DNA of 38,198 nucleotides from Alphaproteobacteria bacterium (GTDB lineage Bacteria; Pseudomonadota; Alphaproteobacteria; GCA-2731375): NCBI GenBank assembly GCA_965232515.1, contig CBDDPY010000001.1, positions 1 to 38,198 of the forward strand, read 5' to 3'. Shown piece by piece: positions 15,940 to 24,386 of this stretch (position 1 is its first letter; each line of letters starts with the position of its first letter). The notes under the pieces were generated by a model. It saw only the letters and a program-made list of their open reading frames with translations, ran no database searches and was not told where the DNA came from. The position numbers and the translations under genes were made by a program.

Positions 15940-17220
15940 ATGACACATGAGCTGGACCGTGGCCGAGCCACGGGTTTCAGAACGGTATCCTATTACACCC
16001 AGCAACTGGCCGATCAGGCGGCCGATTTCGACGGACTGCCCCAGGACTGCGCCCGGGGCCAGGTGCTTGCTGCCTTCAAGCGAGCTGCGCCGGCGATGGG
16101 CATCAGCCCGCGCTTGCGCGACGCGATCGACGTGCTGTTCGCCTTTACCCAAGACCAAGACTGGCACCGCGGGGCGCGGCCGATCGTCTGGCCCAGCAAC
16201 CAGCTTTTGCAGGACGAGCTGGCCCTATGCCGACGGGCGGTTCAGTACGTGTTGCGCGGCCTGGTCGATGCCGGCCTTGTGGTGATGGTCGAAAGCCCCT
16301 CGGGCAAGCGCTACGGGAAACGTGATGCGGACGGTCAGATCGTCGAGGCCTACGGCATCGACCTATCGCCGCTCGCCACGCGTATGGCCGACTTCGTGGC
16401 CAGGGCGGCGGCCGAGCGCCGGCGGCGGCAGGAAAGGACCGCGCTGCGGCGGCGCGCGACAATCGCCCGCAAGGCCGTCATCCAGGTCGCCCAGGCCGGC
16501 ATCGATGCCGAGCTGGTCGGCCGCGACTGGCAGACCTTCGCGGCCGAGGCCTCCGATGTCGGCCGGGATGTCGCCAGCACCGAGGGTCTGGCGGGCCTTA
16601 GAGCGCGCGTGGCGGCTTTGGAGGGCTTGCGGGCGCGTGCCGAGCGGGCGTTCAAGGATGCTTGCGAAGAAGCGCAAAGTGTTGATGGAAGTGTGTGTAA
16701 TGCGCCGGAGGGCGCAAATAATTGCGCCGATATACAACTACAAACGAACCCTCAATTTTCTAAAGAAAAACCTGGTAGCAAGTACGGTACTGCTCGGCAA
16801 GAAGACGGTAGGAGTTTTGGGGCACCGCCGGAGGCCTTCGATAAACGACAGAGATGCGGCACCATCGACCAGGTCGTGGAGAATCTAGCGACCTATAAGG
16901 TGACGCCGGCGTTGATGGCGAAGGTTTTCGCGCGGGAGCTTGACTTGGGAGGCTTGAGTGATCGCCCGGGCTGGATGGATATCGTCAACACCATCTACCA
17001 CTACCGGCATGGCCTTGGGATCAGCGAGGACGCCTGGAAACAGGCGTGTATGGCAATGGGCCGGGAAGGTGCCGCGGTTGCCCTGGCGATCATCGCCGCG
17101 CGAGCCGATGAGATCGAATCGCCGGGCGGCTATCTGCGCGGCATGACCCAGCGGGCGAAGGCCGGCGATCTCAATCTCGGGCCAAGCGTCTATAAAATCC
17201 GCGACTTACGGCTGAAATAA
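15940..17220 (+). CDS. repC: Plasmid replication initiator RepC
   Basis: PIVWPSN, SPSGKRY..AYGIDLSPL, LGISEDAW, IESPGGYLRGM; AT-rich internal segment ~16690-16800 (probable oriV). Confidence 0.95.
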   Translation: MTHELDRGRATGFRTVSYYTQQLADQAADFDGLPQDCARGQVLAAFKRAAPAMGISPRLRDAIDVLFAFTQDQDWHRGARPIVWPSNQLLQDELALCRRAVQYVLRGLVDAGLVVMVESPSGKRYGKRDADGQIVEAYGIDLSPLATRMADFVARAAAERRRRQERTALRRRATIARKAVIQVAQAGIDAELVGRDWQTFAAEASDVGRDVASTEGLAGLRARVAALEGLRARAERAFKDACEEAQSVDGSVCNAPEGANNCADIQLQTNPQFSKEKPGSKYGTARQEDGRSFGAPPEAFDKRQRCGTIDQVVENLATYKVTPALMAKVFARELDLGGLSDRPGWMDIVNTIYHYRHGLGISEDAWKQACMAMGREGAAVALAIIAARADEIESPGGYLRGMTQRAKAGDLNLGPSVYKIRDLRLK

Positions 17221-17349
17221 CGGCGGCGGCAGATGTGGACTGACAGTACCCCGGCGAGATCCGGCTGGGCCGGAACGCCGGGGCTGCGAGTGGGATGTGA
17301 CAAAAGGACAGGGCGGGCCTCGATGCTCTGGCCAGCTCGGGTGGTCGCG

Positions 17350-17745
17350 CTATGGCGTCCCCTGCCCTTTCTTGTCGGCTTCGACCAAGGCCGCCATTGC
17401 GCGCTCTAGCACTTCCGCGATCAACAGATCATTGGTTTCGGCGTAGTCGTAGATCGCTTGGAGGGTCTTTTCGGTCAGCCGCGTGCCGAAGTGGTGGATG
17501 CGGCCGGTCTTTGGCCGGGTGCGACGGCGGACCGGCCGCGACGCAGGTGGTTCAGCGCGACCGGCTGCTGGCTTGGATGCTCGGGGTTTCTTTGCTGATG
17601 GTTTTGGCGTGCTCGTTTGAAAGCCGGCCTGTTCGGCGGCCTCTCTAATGAGGCTGGCATCAGGCTTCGGTCGGGCGGCGCGATCCTCATCATCGAGATC
17701 GCCCAGGTCCAGTTTGGCGCGTGGTTCGGGCATGGCTAACCTCAT
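17350..17745 (-). CDS. Partition adaptor / centromere-binding protein (RHH-like)
   Basis: Directly downstream of parA (ATGA overlap); disordered N-terminus followed by TGRIHHFGTRL..AEVLERAMAAL. Confidence 0.75.
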   Translation of the reverse strand: MRLAMPEPRAKLDLGDLDDEDRAARPKPDASLIREAAEQAGFQTSTPKPSAKKPRASKPAAGRAEPPASRPVRRRTRPKTGRIHHFGTRLTEKTLQAIYDYAETNDLLIAEVLERAMAALVEADKKGQGTP

Positions 17746-18458
17746 GCGGCCGCGCTGGCGTTGCGCAATTCGGCCAGCACGTTGACGATTTCCTGGGTGA
17801 AGGCGTAGGCGTTTTCCTGGGCTGCCGGGAGACCACTTACCTGGTCCGGCTGGAGGGTGCGCACTGTACCGCCGAAGGAAAAGAAGGCGCGATAAGCAGC
17901 GCGGTCGATCAGCGCGGATTTGAGGAGTGGCACGTTGCCGCCGGCGAATTGCTCTTCGATGTCGCGGTGGGTGCGTTCGCGGAGCGCCGCCGGTATTCTG
18001 CTGAAGAACACGCGGTAAGGGATGGTCCTGTTGAACGTCCGCCCCATTCTCTTGATCAACTTGATCGACTTGGCTGCCTCGGTGGCATCGAGGACGGAGG
18101 CTTGCACAGGGATGAGTACCAAGTCGGCCCGCGCGATGGCGAAGCCGACACGGTCATTGGCGGTGCCTTCCAGGTCGACGATGACGAATTTCGCACGTCC
18201 GCGCGCTTCGTCAATGTTGTCGACGATCGTTTCCACCGACTCATCGGCGATAACGGTGATTTTGTCCGGCTTGTGAGGACGTTCCGCCCACTCAACCAAC
18301 GGCCGGTTTGGGTCCGCGTCAATCAGCGTGATGTCTACGTCGTTGTCCGCCAGCTCGCCGGCGACGATCAGGGTCGCCGTGGTCTTTCCGGCCCCGCCTT
18401 TGCTGGACGCCATTACAATGACCGGCATGGTGGTGGGTATCCCCTTCCCAGTGTTCAC
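17742..18458 (-). CDS. parA: ParA-family ATPase (type Ib); start could be 18428
   Basis: Deviant Walker A SSKGGAGKTT, IDADPN, IVDLEG. Confidence 0.93.
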   Translation of the reverse strand: MNTGKGIPTTMPVIVMASSKGGAGKTTATLIVAGELADNDVDITLIDADPNRPLVEWAERPHKPDKITVIADESVETIVDNIDEARGRAKFVIVDLEGTANDRVGFAIARADLVLIPVQASVLDATEAAKSIKLIKRMGRTFNRTIPYRVFFSRIPAALRERTHRDIEEQFAGGNVPLLKSALIDRAAYRAFFSFGGTVRTLQPDQVSGLPAAQENAYAFTQEIVNVLAELRNASAAA

Positions 18459-18459
18459 A

Positions 18460-18602
18460 AACTGCGCGCAGTTATATCACATACTGCGCGCTTAGTGCAA
18501 GCTGCTGTACAACAGTTGTCGCTTGTTCAGCAGTTTGTTGATAAATCGAACGCAATAGGTGATATAACTGTGCGCAGTTTGTAAGCTGTTGGACAACAGT
18601 TA
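18460..18602. promoter_or_regulatory. AT-rich divergent promoter / centromere-like region
   Basis: Palindromes AACTGCGCGCAGTT (18460) and AACTGTGCGCAGTT (18566); repeated ACAACAGTT units. Confidence 0.6.
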
Positions 18603-18607
18603 GCAAT

Positions 18608-19105
18608 ATGAGAGCACTTTGTGAGCTTATTGTTGGCAGTATCGTGGCCGTCGCGCTCTTTGGCGCCGCTCACGCCCAGCCGGTTGAGCTGGAGGGGCGG
18701 CCCTATGTGCTGGATGGCGACGGCTTGGTGGTCGGGAACGTGGTTGTGCGCCTCGACGGAGTGGACGCTTGCGAAGTCGAACAGTGGGCTACGCTTAACG
18801 GGCAGCGTTGGCCTTGCGGCCAAGTCGCCACGGCCTGGCTGGCGCTCCTGACCCTTGGCCGCTCGGTTCAGTGTCGTGGCGATCGCTACGATGCCGACGG
18901 CCGTCTGCTGGCGCGGTGCAGGCTGGACGGGGAGGATATCGGCCGCCGGGGCTTGGCCGAAGGCGTCTATGTGGCCTATCGATATCGCGGTCGGTTGACG
19001 GTGCCCGCGTATGGGCCGGTCGAGGACGCGGCCAGGGCGGCCGGGACGGGCATCTGGACATCGAATTTCGACATGCCATGGGTGTGGCGCCGGAAGGGGC
19101 CTTAG
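18608..19105 (+). CDS. Secreted thermonuclease (SNase) family protein
   Basis: Signal peptide; VLDGD, VRLDGVDACE, DRYDADGRLLARC, ARAAGTGIW. Confidence 0.92.
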   Translation: MRALCELIVGSIVAVALFGAAHAQPVELEGRPYVLDGDGLVVGNVVVRLDGVDACEVEQWATLNGQRWPCGQVATAWLALLTLGRSVQCRGDRYDADGRLLARCRLDGEDIGRRGLAEGVYVAYRYRGRLTVPAYGPVEDAARAAGTGIWTSNFDMPWVWRRKGP

Positions 19106-19215
19106 CGGCGGCTGTGGCAGCCGTCAGGAGGCTTGCCGGGATTTCCGGTAGGGGAGGGTGCTCCCACCGGAGGCCTCTCCACTGGCTTGGCAGGGCCGTG
19201 GAGGGCCAGGCCCTT

Positions 19216-19231
19216 TGTAATGCACATTACA
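19216..19231. promoter_or_regulatory. 16-bp palindrome TGTAATGCACATTACA, copy 3
   Basis: Extends to TTTGTAATGCACATTACAAA (19214-19233). Confidence 0.75.
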
Positions 19232-19265
19232 AATAGGAAAGACCGCCTCATGGCGGTCTGCTTGT

Positions 19266-19385
19266 CCGGCGAGGACGGGGGTAGCAAGGCCAAGGTTCGG
19301 CGCAGGGGACCCGCGCGCAGGGAGCGTAGCGACTGAGCGTGGGGTGGCCGCAACCTTGGCCGCGCGAGGGGCGAAGCCCCTTAGC
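19266..19385 (-). repeat. Inverted copy of the long leading-region element, next to oriT
   Basis: Its reverse complement aligns with the corresponding parts of 11868-12022 and 37606-37760. Confidence 0.8.
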
Positions 19386-19504
19386 GACTTCTCAAAATAA
19401 GAGTTCGGCCGCGCGCGAAGCGCGTGGCCGGCCGTCGCACGTTGCTCGTGCGTGGGGAAGGGGATCGGTGTTCGCCGTTGGCGAACGATTCTTCGTTGTG
19501 TGGT

Positions 19505-19540
19505 GGGGGTGGCAGGATACTCATTTTGTGTTACAAAATG
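19505..19540 (-). other. oriT: Origin of transfer (oriT), RP4/MOBP type; nic between 19513 and 19512 on the minus strand
   Basis: Minus strand CATTTTGT-AAC-ACAAAATG inverted repeat followed by AGTATCCTG^CC (YATCCTG^Y consensus), upstream of mobC-relaxase. Confidence 0.85.
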
Positions 19541-19595
19541 TCCGGGCGGCACCCGCCCACCTGCCACCACCCCCACCACAAGGACCTTGCGCCCT

Positions 19596-20009
19596 ATGAC
19601 GACCGGCCGGCCCAGATCAGACGATCCAGCCTCTTCGACGGTGACGGTGCGTCTGCGGCCGGCCGAGAAAGCGGCGCTGTTGACGTGTGCCGAGACCGCC
19701 GGCGTGAGGCCGAGCCGGATCGTCCGGCGTATGATCCGCGAGCTGGTGACGGCCGGCCCGGACTACTTCGGCGACGGGCTGCGGGAGATCAACGCGGCGC
19801 ATCGGGAGTTGGCGGCGATCGGCCGTAACCTCAATCAGCTTTTGAAACTGGCGCACCGGGGCGAACATTTGACCGCCTGGGAGCTGCGCGACGAGCTGCG
19901 CGATGTCGCCGGCCAGGTCGACGCCGTGCGCCTGGTCTACAGGTCCGCGGTCGAGCAGTCGCGCAAGCGCACCGTCGCCTATGTCACCGACGACGGAGGT
20001 CCGGCATGA
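19596..20009 (+). CDS. mobC: Relaxosome accessory protein MobC
   Basis: RHH-like N-terminus VTVRL..EK; LAAIGRNLNQL motif. Confidence 0.9.
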   Translation: MTTGRPRSDDPASSTVTVRLRPAEKAALLTCAETAGVRPSRIVRRMIRELVTAGPDYFGDGLREINAAHRELAAIGRNLNQLLKLAHRGEHLTAWELRDELRDVAGQVDAVRLVYRSAVEQSRKRTVAYVTDDGGPA

Positions 20010-21202
20010 AGGGGCCGAGCGGGCGGGCCAGCCGGTTTGCGAATGATACCGAGAAAGCCGGCCTTGAGGATTGGAAGAAGGGGCGCCAGGTCAAGGCGCC
20101 AGGTCGCCGCCGCCGCCGGCAGAGTCCGGCTTTGCCGTCCAAAAAGGGCGCCGGTTGGTCGGGCTCACTGAAACAGCGCGCCCGGGCGGCGCAGGGTCTG
20201 CCGCAAGCCGTTGTGAAAGTCACCAGCTACAATAGCGGGGTGAAAAACGCCGGCCGGCGGATGGAATATGCCGCCCGAGAGAATGACGATACGTTGGAGA
20301 CCGAGCGTGGTGAAATCGTCGAAGGCAAGGGGGAGATTCGAGCGCTTGCTGAGGAATGGGCCGCCGATTTCGGGACGCGCAAGCGGTCGCGCGATACGAT
20401 GGCGCTGATCGTATCGGTGCCGGCGGAGACGGATAAGGCGGCGGCGCACAAGGCGGCGCGGGCCTTTCTGGCGGAAACGTTCGGCGACAATCATCGTTAT
20501 GTCTTTGCCGGCCACGACGATACGAAGCACTATCACGTGCATGTGGTCGTGAAGATGCGCGGCGAGAACGGGCGTCAGCTTCGGACGGACCGAGTCGTGC
20601 TGCAGGGCTGGCGCGAGAGCTTCGCGGAGGCGGCGAAGGAGCAGGGGATCATGCTGGATGCGAGCCCCCGATATGCGCGCGGCAAGGGCCGGAAGGCGCC
20701 GCCGCGCCCCGTCTATCAAATGCGAGCGCGGGGCGAGGTCCCGGAGGTCGATCGCGCGGCGGCGGCCGAGGCCGTGGCCGCTGCTCGGCAGGGCCGTGCG
20801 ACGACGGATTTCGAGCAGCGCCAGGCGGCCACCAATGGCCGCGAGCGTGTCGAATACGCTCGCCAGGCTGCGTCTGTCGCGGTGGCGGCGGGCGGCATCG
20901 AGGACGAGGCGAAGCGGGTGCGGGCGATGGAAACGGCCGGTCGGCTGGCGGATTTCGCGCGATCGATGGCGGTGCCGGCCTCGCGCCGACAGACGCTTAT
21001 TGATACGATGGACAAGCGGGCAGGGGACCCGCGCCCGGTGCCCGGGCGGCAGGAAGCGGAGCCCTATCTGACCGCAACGGCGGAGCGCCTGGACCGGCTT
21101 CGTGAAGAAGTTGCCGATCCGGCCTTGGCGCGGCGGGCGCGGAATGCGGCGGCGTTGGCGGCAGGTAGAACATCGGCCCGGAGCCGCGAGATCGAGCGGT
21201 AG
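20006..21202 (+). CDS. MOBP (VirD2-like) relaxase
   Basis: AVVKVTSY..MEY, LIVSVP, HDDTKHYHVHVVV (HUH motif). Confidence 0.92.
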   Translation: MKGPSGRASRFANDTEKAGLEDWKKGRQVKAPGRRRRRQSPALPSKKGAGWSGSLKQRARAAQGLPQAVVKVTSYNSGVKNAGRRMEYAARENDDTLETERGEIVEGKGEIRALAEEWAADFGTRKRSRDTMALIVSVPAETDKAAAHKAARAFLAETFGDNHRYVFAGHDDTKHYHVHVVVKMRGENGRQLRTDRVVLQGWRESFAEAAKEQGIMLDASPRYARGKGRKAPPRPVYQMRARGEVPEVDRAAAAEAVAAARQGRATTDFEQRQAATNGRERVEYARQAASVAVAAGGIEDEAKRVRAMETAGRLADFARSMAVPASRRQTLIDTMDKRAGDPRPVPGRQEAEPYLTATAERLDRLREEVADPALARRARNAAALAAGRTSARSREIER

Positions 21203-21215
21203 AAAGGAACGTCAG

Positions 21216-21470
21216 ATGGCAGACAGACAGAGCCCAGGCCGGCCGTCGCCGGTGCAGGCACAGAAGACGGCGGCAGCCGCCCGGCAGGCCGCGGAGGTCC
21301 TGAAGGACCCGGCGCGGGCCGCCACGGCGGCACGATTGGCCCAGGAGATTACCCGGCGGACCCAGGAGCTGGAGGCGCAGCGGAAGCGTCAGCAGGATGC
21401 GCAGCGGCGCGGATCCGCATTCGCGGATTCTGCGCCGCAGCGCGAGGCCGAAACCGAGCTGGAGCGGTGA
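21216..21470 (+). CDS. Small helical protein (84 aa) sharing a segment with the zeta-like protein tail
   Basis: AAAGGA RBS; LKDPAR..EITRRTQ; ends ELER. Confidence 0.7.
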   Translation: MADRQSPGRPSPVQAQKTAAAARQAAEVLKDPARAATAARLAQEITRRTQELEAQRKRQQDAQRRGSAFADSAPQREAETELER

Positions 21471-21471
21471 G

Positions 21472-21723
21472 GTGGCAGAGCGAAATCTTGGCGCGCGGAA
21501 GCCGGCGCCGGTCTGGAAAATGTCCGCGCGGGAGCTTGCGGCCGTTGGCCGTTCGGCCGGCCGTGACGCCGTGGCGGCCTCGAAAGCGCGGGGCCTGGCC
21601 GTTACCGGCGTCGATCGAGGCTCGGTGGTGCGCGAGTGGCCGGACGGGCGCCGGGAAACGGTCAAGCGGCTCGGGGGGGAGCGTGCGCCGGTCCGGGTGG
21701 CCGATACGGAAATGGAGCGCTGA
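21472..21723 (+). CDS. Putative antitoxin partner of the zeta-like ATPase (83 aa, GTG start)
   Basis: AVAASKARGLAV..DRGSVVREWPDG resembles small partners of zeta-like ATPases; ends EMER. Confidence 0.6.
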   Translation: MAERNLGARKPAPVWKMSARELAAVGRSAGRDAVAASKARGLAVTGVDRGSVVREWPDGRRETVKRLGGERAPVRVADTEMER

Positions 21724-21741
21724 TGCGGTGCTTGGCGCCGT

Positions 21742-22527
21742 ATGAGCATGGCGCGCGAGCAACCGACGCTGACCGTGGTTGCCGGGCCGAACGGCGCCGG
21801 GAAGACGACGTTCGTCAAAGCCCTTGAACGTGATGGCCATGCGCTCGGCCATTTAGTGAATCCTGACGAGATCGCCGCGACGATGACGGGCGATCAGCCT
21901 GGCCGGGAGTTACGGGCCGGCCGGGCGGCGATCGGCCAGGCGCGTAAGCATATTGCCGCCGGCGAGAGCTTCACCCAGGAGACGACGCTGACCGGGGCGT
22001 GGGCCAAGACGCTGATGTCGGAGGCCAAGGCAGCCGGCTTCACGGTGGCGATGATTTACGTCGGCATCGAGGACCTGGCGGTCTCCCAGGCGCGCGTGGA
22101 GGATCGGGTGGAGAAGGGCGGCCATGCGGTGCCGCCGGCGGATCAACGGCGGCGGTTCGACCGCAGTCTCGATAACCTCGCGCCGGCGGCACGGATTGCG
22201 GATTCCGCCGTGGTGTTCGACAACAGCAGTGCCGAGCGGCCTTACGAGCTGGTGGCGGAAATCGAGCGTGGTCAGGTGCGGGCGGCCGTGCAGAAAATGC
22301 CGTCCTGGGCGAGCCGGGCGCTGGCTGCGCTGCCAAGAGCGGAGCGGTCGCAGTCCAAGGCGGCCGGCGAGGATTTGGCAGCCGCCGCGGCGAAGGCTGC
22401 GGGGGCCTTGCAGGACCCGGCGCGACGGGCGCGCGCGCAGGCCGTTTCCGGCGAGATCGGCAAAAAGACTCAAGGCGCTAAAAGGGGCCAACGGCCGTCT
22501 CGTGGGAGTCCGGACCGGGAGCGGTAG
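21742..22527 (+). CDS. Zeta-toxin-like P-loop ATPase/kinase with C-terminal extension
   Basis: AGPNGAGKTT, VNPDEIA, ETTL, RVEKGGHAVP, FDNS; extra ~60-aa basic tail. Confidence 0.88.
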   Translation: MSMAREQPTLTVVAGPNGAGKTTFVKALERDGHALGHLVNPDEIAATMTGDQPGRELRAGRAAIGQARKHIAAGESFTQETTLTGAWAKTLMSEAKAAGFTVAMIYVGIEDLAVSQARVEDRVEKGGHAVPPADQRRRFDRSLDNLAPAARIADSAVVFDNSSAERPYELVAEIERGQVRAAVQKMPSWASRALAALPRAERSQSKAAGEDLAAAAAKAAGALQDPARRARAQAVSGEIGKKTQGAKRGQRPSRGSPDRER

Positions 22528-22535
22528 GGGAGGGG

Positions 22536-24386
22536 CTATTCCGCCAGGGCCAGGAGCTGAGCTTGCAGGCTATCGGCGGCCGCGGCGGCGTCGGGGTTCT
22601 CGGCAGCCTCTTCGGCCAGGAGGCTTTGCAGCTCGTCGCCGAGCGCAAGGATTTCCTGGACTTGAGCCGCGTCATCGGTCTGCGGCCCGAATCCCTCTTC
22701 GGAGTTCGACTCGTAATGGGCGCGCTTAGGCTTGGCGATGTCGAAGCGGCGGGGCGGTATGCGCTCTATGGGCAAGGTCGGCACTGTCACGGGCGGCAGC
22801 AGACGGCTTTTGAACGCCTTGTCCTTGTAGTAGCGGATTTTCCGGGCCAGGACCGGGCGCGCACCTTCGACGAAGACGATTTCCCGATCGTCCGGCAGTC
22901 GCCGGACTTCCTCCGGTAACATGAGGTCGCGCTTGGTGTAGGAGGTCATGTGCGTGGTTGGACTGAGGCCGCCGGGATCGGACTTGGCAAGGGTCCTGAT
23001 GGTCTTGGTGCCCAGGCGCTCGGAGACGTATTTGGCCGTGGTTTCGTCATTCGCCGCGAAATAGACCTGGATCGCGCTGTTCTGGGTCATCGACTCTCGG
23101 CCTTCGCGCCGGTAGTGCTGATCCAGTTGGGAAAGCCCCTGGATGATGTTGACCATTCGGACGCCGTAGCCGGCCAGGTCGGCGAGGGAATCGGCGACGA
23201 CATCCATGCGGCCGAGGGCCGCGAATTCGTCGACCAGCATCAGGACCTTATAAGGCTCGTCGGACCTGGGCAGCTCGCGCTGTAGAACGTTGACGGTAAG
23301 CTGGAAAAACAGGTTCAGAATGCGGCGGAAGGTTTTGACCTGGTTCTTGGCGATGGCCACGTAGATTGTGATCCGTTGCCGGCGCAGGTCGCGCAGGTCG
23401 AAATCCGAATGTGCGGTTGCGGCATCGAGGACGGGATTGGCCCACAAGTTCAGCGCGCCGGTGAGATTGGATTTGACGCCCCCGCGTTCCTTGACCGGCT
23501 TTTGCGCGAAGTTGGCGAGCGATTGTACGCAAGCGGGGTCCAGTTCCTGGCCGCGCGTTTCAATCAGATGCTCGCAGACCGCGCCAAGATCGGCGTCGGT
23601 CTTGAGGGTGCGGTAAACCTCGCCGATCGTGTGCGGAACGCCGGGTGTGTCGAGGACATAGAGGACCAGGCCGAGGAAGAGATCGCGGGCCTCGTCGGTC
23701 CACATGGATTCTTCGCCAGGGCCGGGATCGGGCAGGAGGATGGTGCCCAGGTGTTGAATCTCGGTGACACGGTGCGACGGGTCACGGGTGATGCCGTCGA
23801 GGAAGTTGAAGCGGTGGGAGCGGCCGTGAATGTCGCCGGGGCTCCACACATAGACGCGCTGTCCGTGCGCGGCGCGGAAGCCGGAGGTCTTCTCATAGTT
23901 TTCGTGCTTGATGTCGAGCAGGAGGGCGCTATCCGGCCAGGACAGCAGGTTCGGGATGACGACGCCGACGCCCTTTCCCGAGCGGGTCGGCGCAGTGACC
24001 AGGACGTGGCCCGGTTCGTTCGAGCGGAGGAACTTGCCGCCGAGCTGGCCGACCAGGACGCCGTTGTTGGCGTGCAGGCCGGCGGCGCGGATTTCGTTGC
24101 CGTAGGCCCATCGGGCGTCGCCGAAGTAATGGCGCGGGCGGAAGACGACATAGGCGGCGCCCAGCAGGCAGGCAACGGCGCCGGCGATGGCGAAGGAGAT
24201 ACCGAGTGCGTTGCCGTGGGGGCCAGGGACTCCATAGGCCGCGATATATTCGGCCACGGACCAGGGCCGCACGGCGTTCAGCGACCAGCCTATGATCAGG
24301 TAAAGGGCGGTTGACCAGGCCAGGCCGAGGATGGTCAGACCCAGCAGCGTGCCGGCGGCCCAGGTGAGGTGGCGACGGTCAAGCAT
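22536..24386 (-). CDS. virD4: Type IV coupling protein VirD4/TraG
   Basis: N-terminal TM helices, GDARWA, APTRSGKG, LVDEFAALG, IQGLSQL. Confidence 0.96.
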   Translation of the reverse strand: MLDRRHLTWAAGTLLGLTILGLAWSTALYLIIGWSLNAVRPWSVAEYIAAYGVPGPHGNALGISFAIAGAVACLLGAAYVVFRPRHYFGDARWAYGNEIRAAGLHANNGVLVGQLGGKFLRSNEPGHVLVTAPTRSGKGVGVVIPNLLSWPDSALLLDIKHENYEKTSGFRAAHGQRVYVWSPGDIHGRSHRFNFLDGITRDPSHRVTEIQHLGTILLPDPGPGEESMWTDEARDLFLGLVLYVLDTPGVPHTIGEVYRTLKTDADLGAVCEHLIETRGQELDPACVQSLANFAQKPVKERGGVKSNLTGALNLWANPVLDAATAHSDFDLRDLRRQRITIYVAIAKNQVKTFRRILNLFFQLTVNVLQRELPRSDEPYKVLMLVDEFAALGRMDVVADSLADLAGYGVRMVNIIQGLSQLDQHYRREGRESMTQNSAIQVYFAANDETTAKYVSERLGTKTIRTLAKSDPGGLSPTTHMTSYTKRDLMLPEEVRRLPDDREIVFVEGARPVLARKIRYYKDKAFKSRLLPPVTVPTLPIERIPPRRFDIAKPKRAHYESNSEEGFGPQTDDAAQVQEILALGDELQSLLAEEAAENPDAAAAADSLQAQLLALAE

